Shown here: in pieces, positions 1-11,593 of the stretch
How positions within the stretch are numbered: position 1 is the stretch's first letter
Layout of the letters: the number at the start of each line of letters is the position of its first letter
DNA from: Tubiluchus corallicola
Lineage: Eukaryota > Animalia > Priapulida
NCBI GenBank assembly: GCA_030141605.1
Contig: JAQGDQ010001651.1
Location: 1 to 30,863, forward strand
Length of the DNA: 30,863 bases
Direction of reading: 5' to 3'
Program-made: the position numbers and the translations under genes
The notes under the pieces: generated by a model
Databases searched by the model: none
Seen by the model: the letters and a program-made list of their open reading frames with translations, nothing else
What the model was told of the DNA's origin: nothing

Positions 1-751
1 GAACGCTAGTAAACAAAGTGATTGTTGCGACATCTATTGTCGGCAAGCAAAACGATAAGAAAAATGTCTCATTCACAACGGTACAAACTATACAGCAAAC
101 TTTTCAATTTGACCCTGTTACGCTTTATATTTCATCATGTAATAATTCCATGATTATTTGCTTATCAGTTAGTTAATAATTGCTGAGACTAATTTAAAGC
201 ATAATTACAGAATGATTTTAGAATGACGACAAAACTCATGATAAGACAAATTTGCTTTTTTCAGTTGAGTTCAACTTACTGCTCATTCGAAGGCAACACT
301 AGGCAGAATGTGCCCGAGAGACAGAATGGACTCTGCATCTTTAATCAATTCAGATATTGTAGCAAATTTTCCTTTTTCATAGAATGCATCACTGCTCTAA
401 ACATGAAAACTGTTTGTGGCGGGATAGCAAAATATGTGTATGTGGCAAAGCCCAAAACCACTGCTCATTCCTTAAAACATATTTTTACAAAAAAACGTTT
501 TTAATTAATTAGAAATTTTAACTTAAGAATATGGACTTAAGAATTTAATTACGGCTGACTTTTATATACACGTATTACGATTTTAGTTTTATTTATGACA
601 GCCTATTGTGTATGTACTATTTTGTGTTACTATTTTAAGTATGTAAAATGCTTTGTCCATTTTTAATGTTAATGCATTTTAGATATTCAATAAATTATCA
701 TTATTATCTTTATTGTGTATGGTTGTTATCCGTCTAATCAAGCATAATAAA

Positions 752-1127
752 TGAGGTTACCATATTGTCTGAGTTGAAGAAGGGGACACTTTTTCACGCA
801 CTTGTAAGTAGGCAAAAATGACGTCATTTTAAGTCGTTAACGAATACGCTGGGTATCGACAGCGGTGTGAGTCGTGTGACCCATACTGATGTGCGCATCG
901 CTTACTCTTGTTCAGTAAATATGTACAGAAAGCTTTTACAAGGGTTGCATTTTGAGATGTTAGCAACATCTTGTATTGAAAATTAACGGGCTTTTCTTTG
1001 TCTCGTAGTGCCGTACGCCTCTACAGTTGACAACGTCCGTACGGATTGAGGCAAAACCCGGACAAACTGTCGATTTTTGAAAACCCGCCCGGACAGAGGC
1101 CCAAAAAGAGGACGTATGGTAACCCTA
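752..1127. mobile_element. hAT (Blackjack-like) MITE
   Basis: TIRs TGAGGTTACCATA / TATGGTAACCCTA; 8-bp TSD ATAATAAA at 744-751 and 1128-1135. Confidence 0.75.
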
Positions 1128-1682
1128 ATAATAAAACAATTATTATTAAATTATTTTAATTCAGCACAGTACGTAAACGCTTTAAAAACGATACTGAAAG
1201 TATTGTAACATAAAGATTCTTGCAATGAATTCAATTGAAAAAAATTATGTCATTGCCTTTCACTCACAATTCTCCAATACACTTGACATGAGCTCAGTGG
1301 CCACTAACGTGTCGAGTTCCAGTTTGGGCTTCTACTGTCATATTAGGATATGACAAAAAATGTGCACTAAAGTCATTTAGGGAACGAAAATAACCTGATA
1401 AAAAAATGCCAATTAGCTAAACAATGACAGCTGTAAAAGATGCCATCAGTGCACATACGATCGTCTTTACAGTAAAGCTAATATGCTCTAGTATTATAGA
1501 TACTACATACAGATACATTGTTATTATAGTATAGATGCTATGCTGTTGCCTTGTTGTGATATTGGTGATGAGAAACTTGTCTAGCCTTTTGTCACTTTCT
1601 GGTCGGTTGTAGGAGCCCCTTCTCTTTTTTTTGTCATTGTTGCAGTTGGTTTACGTTGATGTTTTGTGTCTGTGCTTTGTAT

Positions 1683-1982
1683 TATGTCTGTAGTTATCAC
1701 TTTAACATCTAAGGTTGCGCAGTCAGTGTATTATGTGTTGTCTGTAGTTATCACTTTAACATCTAAGGTTGGGCAGTCTGTGTATTGTGTGTTATGTCTG
1801 TAGTTATCACTTTAACATCTAAGGTTGGGCAGTCAGTGTATTATGTGTTATGTCTGTAGTTATCACTTTAACATCTAAGGTTGGGCAGTCAATGTATTAT
1901 GTGTCATGTGTGTAGTTATCACTTTAACATCCAAGGTGGGGCAGTCTGTGTATTATGTCTGTAGTTATCACTTTAACATCTA
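1683..1982. repeat. ~56-bp minisatellite, about 5.5 copies
   Basis: TAGTTATCAC recurs at 1691, 1745, 1801, 1857, 1913, 1962. Confidence 0.95.
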
Positions 1983-2216
1983 ACGCTGAGTAGTCAATGT
2001 GACTGGGTCCCCCCGCAGGGAAAGTTTGAAGATAGCGAGTAGGGACCGAAATCTGAATACTTCCTGGTGCCTCACCTGATGACACTTTTCCTTTGGTGGG
2101 AATTTTGTATGTTTGTGCCGTTGTAGATTGTATGATTTGCAGTTGTTTGTGTGCGGCGTTGATGTCATTTGAGCTTAATTATAATGATACAACAGCCACA
2201 TTTTATAGCTCTTCAC

Positions 2217-2270
2217 AAAAACAAAAAAACTGTTATTTGTATTGGTAATGGTCTTTCAAAATTTTATTAT
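2217..2270 (-). terminator. Candidate polyadenylation signal for a long ALYREF 3' UTR
   Basis: Minus-strand AATAAA at ~2263-2268 followed about 35 nt downstream by a GU/U-rich tract (plus-strand aaaaacaaaaaaac); assignment to ALYREF is inference. Confidence 0.3.
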
Positions 2271-3151
2271 CTCTTGAAACTGTGCGGTAAATTTTCTTTA
2301 CAAAACTGTACAACGTAATGACAGGGACTACTAAGTACAAAACGTACAAACTGAACGAACTGGTGCGAAATCAAACAATCTGTTGTTCATACATTTCCTT
2401 CACACGAACACAAAGCGTCTAAAGTATGAGATAATACAGTACAGTATGTAACAAGACACATTTCTTCAAAACAATGAAAAGACATTACCTATTCATTATT
2501 CACATCACATAGTAATTTTCCCTTAAAAATACTCCACAATAAAATCACTTTTCCGTGTTTTGCAGGCTAAAAATCATTTTCAAATTGAGACGATTAGTCA
2601 CACAGTGGTGTACAAATGTATACAATTCTAACCTTTGCTTGATGAATTACAGTTACATTCTTACAAAAACGAAGTCGAATACACTTGTATCTTGGTTTGC
2701 CGGACTTTTACAGATAACAAAAGGACCCGACAAAATTCGGGAAGTCCCGTACATTATGGACACAGTCTGCTGTTTCGAGATCTCACCATTAATTGGCGGG
2801 CCATCACTTTGTTTACATCATTACATCAGTGTAACCATCAGCTTATCACACTTTTATTACACATGGCGCCTACTGTATTATAGGTATCGGCAAATACAGA
2901 CAATCGTCAAATTTGAACCGATGTCTCCCCGCTTTTGTCCGGCAAACCGAGATGTGAGTGCAGTACGAAATTACGCAATCATAAATTTACTTTGCACTTC
3001 GGGCGATGCTCTTTGAACTGACAACAAGCAATTTACAGAGTTAGACAATCAGGAAAGCCAACACAATATTAAAACAGAAACAAATTAAAATTAAATTACA
3101 AGCTCCAATGTATGGCAAGATTAAACACGATAAAACACGTTCAGATGGATA

Positions 3152-5139
3152 CAGGATGTCTCAAAAGTTACTACACCCTTTGATTTCGAACTCTCTTTTT
3201 AAATTTTTCCTCGGTCTTTTGACTTTCTTTTTTATTTGTTTTTTGACTGGAATACCGTTGCCAAGGCAACCACAGTAACGTTAGTAATGAGGTGCAAAGT
3301 CAGTCTGGCACGAGGTCCTTGAATCACCACAGTTGCAGCTCGGTTGAAACTCGGAGCGCGCTATTAAGAATGTAGTTTCTCTCAACGAGATCCAGCCGGA
3401 TACTCGCCACTCATGAGCTGTGAGAGACTTTCTCAATGCAAGATGCAAGGGGCAGTCGACAGTAAATTTACTGCTAAAGGAGTCGGAGTCGGAGTTACCT
3501 AGAATTCTGAAGCCGGGACTCGGGAGTACGCTTATTGTTAGAGGAGTCGGTAAAAAATTTACAAACTCGCTTTTTGGTTACGTTTAGGTTTCATCGCAGT
3601 TATGCATAACGTCCCATTTTGGAACGCCTTCGTGTTGGTCTGTTGGCAGCTAGACCGTTTTTCGAGCATGAGGGATGAAATGCCACCGTAGCTAAATATT
3701 GAGAGTATTACTTAAAGGCAGAAGTGGAAGTTGGAGTCGGGAGCTTGGGCACCAAAAATTTTAGGGGTCACAGGCAGGATCGGAGTAGGGTCTAAAATTT
3801 TAGGAGCCGCAGTCAGAGTCGGGGTTGGAGCTTCTAAAATTCTGAGCAGGAGTCGGAACCAGAGACAGGAGTTTAATATAAGGACTCCACAGCTCCAGAC
3901 TTGCTATCGGATTGAACTCTTAAAGCTCTTGAGATTGCTCAAGAAGCTAAAAAAACAGAAAAATCCTTTTTTCACCTTTATGTCTAATTTGACTCCTTTT
4001 TTTCACCTTTACGTCTAATGTGACTCCTTTTTCACCTTTACGTCTAATTTGACTCCTTTTTCACCTTTACGTCTAATTTGACTCCTTTTTCTCACCTTTA
4101 CGTCTAATTTGACTCCTTTTTTCACCCTTACGTCTAATTTGACTCCTTTTTCTCACCTTTACGTCTAATTTGACTCTTTTTTTCACCTTTACGTCTAATT
4201 TGACTCCTTTTTTCACCCTTACGTCTAATTTGACTCCTTTTTCTCACCTTTACGTCTAATTTGACTCCTTTTTTCACCCTTACGTCTAATTTGACTCCTT
4301 TTTCTCACCTTTACGTCTAATTTGACTCCTTTTTCTCACCTTTACGTCTAATTTGACTCCTTTTTCACCTTTACGTCTAATTTGACTCTTTTTTTCACCT
4401 TTACGTCTAATTTGACTCCTTTTTTCACCCTTACGTCTAATTTGACTCCTTTTTTCACCCTTACGTCTAATTTGACTCCTTTTTCTCACCTTTACGTCTA
4501 ATTTGACTCTTTTTTCACCTTTACGTCTAATTTGACTCCTTTTTTCACCCTTACGTCTAATTTGACTCCTTTTTCTCACCTTTACGTCTAATTTGACTCC
4601 TTTTTCTCACCTTTACGTCTAATTTGACTCCTTTTTTCACCTTTACGTCTAATTTGACTCTTTTTTTCACCTTTACGTCTAATTTGACTCCTTTTTTCAC
4701 CCTTACGTCTAATTTGACTCCTTTTTCTCACCTTTACGTCTAATTTGACTCCTTTTTTCACCTTTACGTCTAATTTGACTCCTTTTTCTCACCTTTACGT
4801 CTAATTTGACTCCCTTTTTTTCACCTTTACGTCTAATTTTACTCCTTTTTTCACCTTTACGTCTAATTTGACTCCTTTTTTTCACCTTTACGTCTAATTT
4901 GACTCCTTTTTGTCACCTTTACGTCTAATTTGACTCCCTTTTTTCACCTTTACGTCTAATTTTACTCCTTTTTCTCACCTTTACGTCTAATTTGACTCCT
5001 TTTTCTCACCTTTATGTCTAATTTGACTAAAAGAATTGCCCAAGCCTTTAGTTCACCTGTACCAATTTTGAAACGTTTTGCTTTCTTCGTTAAAAAATAT
5101 AAAAGACGAAAAGTGTTTTGTGACTTTTGAGACACCCTG
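3152..5139. mobile_element. Non-autonomous Tc1/mariner-type element with internal minisatellite
   Basis: TIRs CAGGATGTCTCAAAAGT / ACTTTTGAGACACCCTG (1 mismatch) flanked by TA on both sides; no transposase ORF. Confidence 0.8.
3964..5028. repeat. ~31-bp minisatellite, about 34 copies
   Basis: Unit TCACCTTTACGTCTAATTTGACTCCTTTTT(T) with variable T run. Confidence 0.97.
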
Positions 5140-5454
5140 TAAAATTCAAAAAGAACCAGTTATTAGCGGTAAAAGTTCATTTCAAGATTCGCCACTAAAA
5201 AATGACCTGTGACCAATTTTTATGCGAATTAAGTTCAGAGAAAACCAAAAGAACGGAAGTGAAACAGAAGAACAAAGGAATAAGACAATCTCACAGCATT
5301 GCTAGCAATGAAAAAAACACAGAGCAAAGGATTTCAAACCCCGAGTGAAAATGATGCGGAGGAAACATCGCCACACGACGTTCAATGAACACAATAAAAC
5401 GTTAAACTGGTTCTACGGATTAACAATATCGATTAACGCATTATAATGAAGAAA

Positions 5455-5539
5455 CGGTCAAGCCCGTGTGCGGGTACACACGACGGTCAAGTCCGTGTGC
5501 GGGTACACACGACGGTCAAGTCCGTGTGCGGGGTACACA
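5455..5539. repeat. 29-bp tandem repeat, ~3 copies, in ALYREF 3' UTR region
   Basis: CGGTCAAGYCCGTGTGCGGGTACACACGA at 5455, 5484, 5513. Confidence 0.92.
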
Positions 5540-5706
5540 TGAATAATATTTACAATAAAATGGCTCCACTGAGAACAGCGCACTGATTTTGCACATTTCT
5601 GAGGACCAGTCAACGTGCTTTCTTTGCCCGTTACACAAATAAAGCTTTACAAATAGTTCAAACATTGGCAAAAACAAAGTATGCGTCAAAACGTGGACGT
5701 TCCTCA

Positions 5707-5721
5707 TTAATCAGTGTCCAT
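5707..5721 (-). CDS. ALYREF: ALYREF terminal coding exon (MDTD-stop)
   Basis: Acceptor ctcttttttttcag then ATG GAC ACT GAT TAA; resembles the MDTS C-terminus of vertebrate ALYREF; total CDS 792 nt. Confidence 0.85.
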   Translation of the reverse strand: MDTD

Positions 5722-5787
5722 CTGAAAAAAAAGAGTGCAAAGCTGTTAATAATCGGGGCTACACACGTCACTCATTAATGCTAATTA

Positions 5788-6467
5788 CAGTAAGTACTCG
5801 CTTAACGACTCCCCGTTTAGCGACGTTTCATTTGGTGTTTGTTTTTTTTGTTTTTTGGTTTTTTTGTTTGGTTTTTTTTTTTTGTTTTTTTTTTTTTTTT
5901 TTGTGGTTTGTTTTTTTGTGGTTTTTGTAACGACGCTGAACATTTGACACCTTTTTTTCATTTAACGACAAACGTTTCATTTAGCGACAATTTTTTTGCT
6001 TTACACGAAGCCAATTTTTATTTTATCAACTTTGTTACTTAAGATATTCATTTATATATATATATATATATATATAGATGCGTACACATTGTATATACAC
6101 AGTATGGCCTCGCTTAACGACGTTTCATTTTAACGACGCTGAACATTTGACACCTTTTTTTCACTTAACAACAAACGTTTCATTTAGCGACAATTTTTTG
6201 CTTTACACGAAGTCAATTTTTATTTTATCAATTTTGTTACTTAAGATATTCATTTATATATATATATAGATGCGTACACATTGTATATACACAGTAAGCC
6301 CTCGCTTAACGACTCCCCGTTTAGCAACGTTTCATTTTAACGACGCTGAACATTTGACACCTTTTTCACTTATCTCACTACCTCAGTTCTTTCACATTAC
6401 TTTCCATAGAAGTTTTGGCTTCGCGATTTGCCGAAATACATTAGCGTCATTAAGCGAGGACTTACTG
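5788..6467. mobile_element. pogo/Tigger-like MITE with internal tandem duplications (intron 5)
   Basis: TA|CAGTAAGTACTCGCTTAA ... TTAAGCGAGGACTTACTG|TA; left end repeated at 5788, ~6100 and 6292. Confidence 0.75.
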
Positions 6468-6585
6468 TATTGTGTTTTAAGAGGTGCTACTAATATACAT
6501 ATAGTAAAGTTTACATTCATGGGTAGTTTTGAACCCGTGTGTAAAAATTCACAGATCTTCAACCTATGCGAGTTTTAATAAACGT

Positions 6586-6865
6586 GCGCTTCTTAAACTA
6601 ATTCAAACTTCTGCAGCTCCCCTAATGCACATGCGAAGTATCATAAAATTAGCAATATAATTTTTTTGTAAAAGCTCATTATACTTGAGGCGCATTCAGC
6701 CGACGAACGACATCGTCGGTAGAAAGATGGCCGTTCAAAATTACATGGTGGACTTCGTGGCTTTCCGTTAGCGCGCGCTGCTTAAACTAATTCAAAGTTC
6801 TGCAGCTTACCTAATGCTCGAGCGAAAATATAACAAAATTAGCTATACAATTTTCTGTAAAACCT
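6586..6865. repeat. Diverged direct duplication (~85 bp, ~190-bp spacing)
   Basis: GCGCTKCTTAAACTAATTCAAASTTCTGCAGCT at ~6586 and ~6775. Confidence 0.75.
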
Positions 6866-6965
6866 TACTACACTTTACTCCACTAGGTGACACCGCTGCT
6901 TTTCTGCTAGATGACGTCATTGGTGGAAGGAGGAGTGCCCAAACGTAAAATGATCGCAACTTTAT

Positions 6966-7431
6966 AGTGATTTTACTAATTGCACGAGGCGCTTAATTAG
7001 TAATATCACACTTTTATTACTAAATCCTTCCAACATTGAAATCATCCTAACTGCCCAGAAGGCTTGACTTTTCCTTTAAACAAAAGATTTCTACACATGC
7101 GTACAGTAAAGTGATTTTACTATTTACACGAGGCGCTTATCACACTTTTATTACTAAATCCTTTGAACGTTGAAATCATCCTAACTTCTCAGAAGACTTG
7201 ACTTTTCCTTTAAACAAAATATTTCTACGCATGCGTACAGTAAAGTGATTTTACTAATTACACGAGACGCTTATCACACTTTTATTACTAAATCCTTCCA
7301 ACATTGAAATCATCCTAACTTCTCAGAAGGATTGACTTTTCCTTTAAACAAAAGATTTCTACGCATGCGTACAGTAAAGTGATTTTACTAATTACACGAG
7401 ACGCTTATCACACTTTTATTACTAAATCCTT
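6966..7431. repeat. ~134-bp tandem repeat, about 3.4 copies
   Basis: AGTGATTTTACTA recurs at 6966, 7110, 7244, 7378. Confidence 0.92.
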
Positions 7432-7523
7432 CTAGCATTTTCAGCAAACTATGAAATAAGACCAACATCCGGAAAGGATTGGCCTTTCCAAAAAGCAATG
7501 TGACGGAACGCAGAAAGACTCAC

Positions 7524-7722
7524 CTTTGTGCTATAGGCATCGAGATCCGCATCCAGTTCTGCAGCTGTGACGGTTTTCCTGCCTCCTCTTCCCCTCCCTC
7601 TCCCACCTCCTCGTCCACCCCGTGTGCCTCCTCTGCCTCGTCCGCCTCCTCTATTCCGACTACCTCGGAATCGACCGCCGCCGAAGCCACGGTCACCGCC
7701 TCCGCCGCCACCTCCTCTTGAC
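7524..7722 (-). CDS. ALYREF: ALYREF coding exon 5 (RGG region and C-terminal UAP56-binding motif)
   Basis: Acceptor gttagcag; SRGGGG...GGRKTVTAAELDADLDAYSTK; donor GTGAGT; 199 nt. Confidence 0.95.
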
Positions 7723-7796
7723 CTGCTAACAAATGACAGAAAATTTGGGTTTACCACTCTCAAAGTTTCCTTCTTCAGATGAGAATGGGACATGAC

Positions 7797-8338
7797 CAGG
7801 GATGGATTACTAAATACGGAGATGAGAATGACAAATTGCAAAAAACTGAAACAGGCCGGGGGGTTGGGGGTCGCGTAGCCCCCATGGGAGTTGAAGGGGG
7901 GCGAATCCCCCTTGGAGCCAGCAACAAATTGCAATTTTGTGACCATAGAGAGCCTCTAAGTGGACTTAAAATATCAATTACCTTGTTTCATGCATAATTT
8001 AAAATACCCAACTATCAAGGATACATGATACATAATTGTCTCAAAAATGCCTAAGTACTGGCCGCTCCTATGCAAAAGTATATAAAAACTGTCTGCAATT
8101 GACTCAAATAACTCCGCACAATCGATTCTATATTTTTATACATAGAGATCTACGCGTGGTTACACTGATGTACGTGACGTAAACAAAGTGACGGCCTGCC
8201 ATCTAGCGGTCAGTTTGTGAAATAATGTACTGGGTCCGTAAAAATTTTCTCAACGAATTCACGCGATTTACAAAAATGGCACTACTGATCTTCCGAAAAC
8301 TCGGAATTCCGGGTATCCGCGGAAAATTCTCATCCCTG
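7797..8338 (+). mobile_element. hAT-type MITE family A, copy 1 (intron 4)
   Basis: Shares GATGAGAATGACAAATTGC...CCGCGGAAAATTCTCATCCCTG with copies at 12763 and 16612; left boundary ambiguous (7797 or ~7817). Confidence 0.8.
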
Positions 8339-8711
8339 TAAATAGGGTTGGTTTGCAATAAATAGGAAGTGGCATTAAAAATAGCGGTATTTTTTGAAAA
8401 ATATTTTCATTGACTAACAAATGATAGTTATTCTAGTTTATTTAAAGAATTTGTAATAACTTTATTTCAGCTACGTAAACGTAACTAAAATATAAAAAAA
8501 GTAAAAAAATATTCAAAACGAGTGTAGGTGAGTCAGAGGGCGGGCTCCGTACGAGTGCCTCCCTCCCGTAGTTTCATCAGCGGACTAAAAGATCATAATC
8601 TGGATAAACTGGAGCTAGCAGGATCATAGCTGAATAGTTAAGTGTGCATGCGTTGCATATATGAATTTCAACCGCCTGAGTACAATGCTCTCCGTTGGAG
8701 TTTCATTTACC

Positions 8712-8962
8712 TGACTTAAAAAATTTTAATTTTGTAGCCAAGGTGGCTCCATCTAGCTGGAAACTTTAAAGTGTGGACACTGACCCAGTTACGTTGTCAT
8801 TATGCTGTTCTGTAGTATATGTGAACGATTAGATTCCAGTGTGAACATGACTTAATAAATTTTAATTTTGTAGCCAAGGTGGCTCCATCTAGCTGGAAAC
8901 TTTAAAGTGTGGGCATTGACCCAGTTATGTTGTCATTATGCTGTTCTGTAGTGCATGTGAAC
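8712..8962. repeat. 136-bp direct tandem duplication
   Basis: TGACTTAA...GTAGCCAAGGTGGCTCCATCTAGCTGGAAAC... at 8712 and 8848. Confidence 0.9.
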
Positions 8963-9302
8963 TTTCTGTCTTGAGCAAGCTAGCGAAATTTATCATGAAA
9001 TACATGCCACAACGATGTAAGTTTATTTCAATTTAATTTTGATTTATTCATTAATATTTTTAATTGAACTAATTAACCGTCAATCTAACTAAACAAATGC
9101 ATTTTTTTCATAAAATTAGCCAATGTCAGTCATTTTTGCTTTTCTATTTTAGTTTTTAAATGTTGCAGAAATAAAGATCAGTGGTTTACACGACTCTCGA
9201 AGATTTCTCGTAAATGCCTCTCAGAGAAACTAACAATTATGCGTGATGCCACGCGTGAATGACTTATGCAACTGCTGTTAACGATTACATCTTTAATCTT
9301 AC

Positions 9303-9381
9303 CTTCTGCTGAATCTTTGCTCGCTGATTGTTGCGCCGCCTCCCGATAACGACGAGACTAGCTGGATGTCCATAGGACGAC
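9303..9381 (-). CDS. ALYREF: ALYREF coding exon 4 (RRM end); not in supplied ORF track
   Basis: Acceptor ttcttttgcag; (G)RPMDIQLVSSLSGGGATISEQRFSR(R); donor GTAAGA; 79 nt; phases match both neighbours. Confidence 0.92.
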
Positions 9382-9390
9382 CTGCAAAAG

Positions 9391-10137
9391 AAGAAGCAAT
9401 TTTAGGCGACTGCAAACCAGCTACCTAACGGACGCCAGATGGCTCAACTCAGGAACTGAATGAAGAAGTAGCAATTTTATGCGATTGCAAACCAGCTACC
9501 TAACGGACGCCAGATGGCTCAACTCAGGAACTGAATGAAGAAGTAGCAATTTTATGCGATTGCAAACCAGCTACCTAACGGACGCCAGATGGCTCAACTG
9601 AGGAACTGAATGAAGTAGTAGCAATTTTAGGCGACTGCAAACCAGCTACCTAACGGATGCCAGATGGCTTAACTGAGGAACTGAATGAAGAAGTAGCAAT
9701 TTTATGCAATTGCAAACCAGCTACCTAACGGACGCCAGATGGCTTAACTGAGGAACTGAATGAAGAAGTAGCAATTTTATGCGATTGCAAACCAGCTACC
9801 TAACGGACGCCAGATGGCTTAACTGAGGAACTGAATGAAGCAGTAGCAATTTTATGCGACTGCAAACCAGCTACCTAACGGATGCCAGATGGCTTAACTG
9901 AGGAACTGAATGAAGCAGTAGCAATTTTATGCGATTGCAAACCAGCTACCTAACGGACGCCAGATGGCTTAACTGAGGAACTGAATGAAGAAGTAGCAAT
10001 TTTATGCAATTGCAAACCAGCTACCTAACGGACGCCAGATGGCTTAACTCAGGAACTGAATGAAGAAGTAGCAATTTTATGCAATTGCAAACCAGCTACC
10101 TAACGGCGCCAGATGGCGTAACTGAGGAACTGAATGA
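9391..10137. repeat. 75-bp minisatellite, 10 copies, abutting exon 4 acceptor
   Basis: GCAAACCAGCTACCTAACGG recurs every 75 bp from 9412 to 10087. Confidence 0.97.
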
Positions 10138-10376
10138 CGGCAAGACCGGTAATGCATTGTGACCGCTTGCATAGCTACCGGTCTTGTTGACCGCGGTCCA
10201 GGGATGTTACCGGAACCGAAATTTAGGAAACATGGGAAACCCATACCGAAACGAAAATGAAGCGGACACATTTTTGCGAATCCAACTAATATTAAAACTG
10301 AAAAAAGGGGGATTCTAAAATAAGTAAAATATTTTGTTTCCTTTTTGCTTTTATTTACTGATAAAAAATTCTATAA

Positions 10377-10525
10377 CATAAGTCATGGGTCATTTATTTC
10401 ACCTTACACATTTACAATAGTTTCATGTACAATATCTAGTGAAAGGGCCTACAATGAACGTAATACAAATAAGTTTTTTTTTGTTTCTGCACAAGAAAAG
10501 CCTCACACACTGTTCACCTATATAC

Positions 10526-10574
<49 letters not shown>

Positions 10575-10990
10575 CTTTATTTAAAGTCGGCTTTTGGATC
10601 AACAATTAACATTAGCTCAAAGAGCTATTATCGCCGACTGTAAATAACAACCTACAACTGCATAACAGAGACTATTATTACCCCACTTTTACCCTAAATA
10701 CCACGACGCGTCAGGCAGGGCAACAGCACGTAAGTCTTTGGTATGACCCGGCCGCTGGTTTGAACTCACGACCTCCCAGACGGAAAGCAGACGCATTACC
10801 ACTAGACTAAACCGTCTGGTCGTTTACGAAGGTAAATGTGTTGCGGGTAATCAAAAAGCAGGGCTTGTTAGATTGTCCCACACAGTGAAAGAAAAAAAGT
10901 AATGCAAATAATCTGAAAATTTAAAGTGAATCGTGTGATAAAGAAAACATTAGTGCTTAAAAGGGAATGATGTAATGAATGAAGCTCATA
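10377..10990 (-). mobile_element. 5'-truncated LINE 3' UTR (same family as 13824-14530), interrupted by a SINE
   Basis: Near-identical to 13829-14123 once 10529-10830 is removed. Confidence 0.8.
10529..10824 (-). mobile_element. tRNA-derived SINE (possible Meta-domain) with (TTA)n tail
   Basis: Minus strand: A box TAGTCTAGTGG, B box GAGTTCAAACC, then CGGGTCATACCAAAGACT; AATAAA + (TTA)n tail; TACGAA duplicated at 10523-10528 and 10825-10830; empty site visible at ~13960. Confidence 0.8.
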
Positions 10991-11593
10991 TAAAAAGAAC
11001 ACGGAAGTTTTATAATGTAGAACTTCAAGTTTGATGGAGTAGCTTAGCTTAGAAAATGCATTAAGACGTTTTTTTGATTGAAGCATCTTTCATCACTAAC
11101 GTTTAAAAATCATAATGCTTCACTAAAAATCAACAAATTTTATTTTGTAGACGTTTTCTTGCCTATATTTCACAAACTATCTGCTCAATGCTTAATTTTT
11201 CTCAAGTAAAGTAAAACGTGGTTTGATATTTCGATTGACTGGGCCTGGAGATCCTAAAATTTCACAGTAGTCGTCACTGAAGATACCCCGCATTGCCGGT
11301 AAAACCATGCCAATAACTGTTAACGAAATTTTTGCCTTATTTGAACTAACTTAGCCAAGATTTCTCAGATATTTTTCACATCTAGGAGAAAAGGTAAGAT
11401 GGATAAATAATAGTAAAACCTCGCGAAAATGTTACCAAAAATTATCCGCAATTTCGTCTAATTTAATAAGTTTCAGCGAAACCGAAACTTAACCAACCAA
11501 AATATCAAACCACGTTTAATTTTATAATTTATGAAATGTAGGCAACAAAATATCTACAAAAAAAATTGTTTATTTTTAATGATGATCTTTAAA

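Noticed and set aside
2000-2105. Hammerhead or C/D snoRNA suggested by CGAAA and CTGATGA
   Set aside because: Motifs in wrong arrangement with no compatible stems or D box
2555-3016. 153-aa plus-strand ORF
   Set aside because: Non-ATG start, no recognisable domain, composition typical of non-coding or UTR sequence
3964-5028. CRISPR-like ~31-bp periodicity and RRKGEK ORF
   Set aside because: Head-to-tail repeats without unique spacers, eukaryotic context, no cas genes
7479-7782. Plus-strand Pro/Ser-rich ORFs and alternative-frame ORF
   Set aside because: Shadows of the GC-rich RGG exon 5; same applies at 18838-19112
11265-11320. Penelope-type minimal hammerhead at the foldback centre (CTGAAGA-TACC...GGTA-AAAC)
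   Set aside because: Essential GAAA is absent and stems I/III are poor; at best a decayed relic
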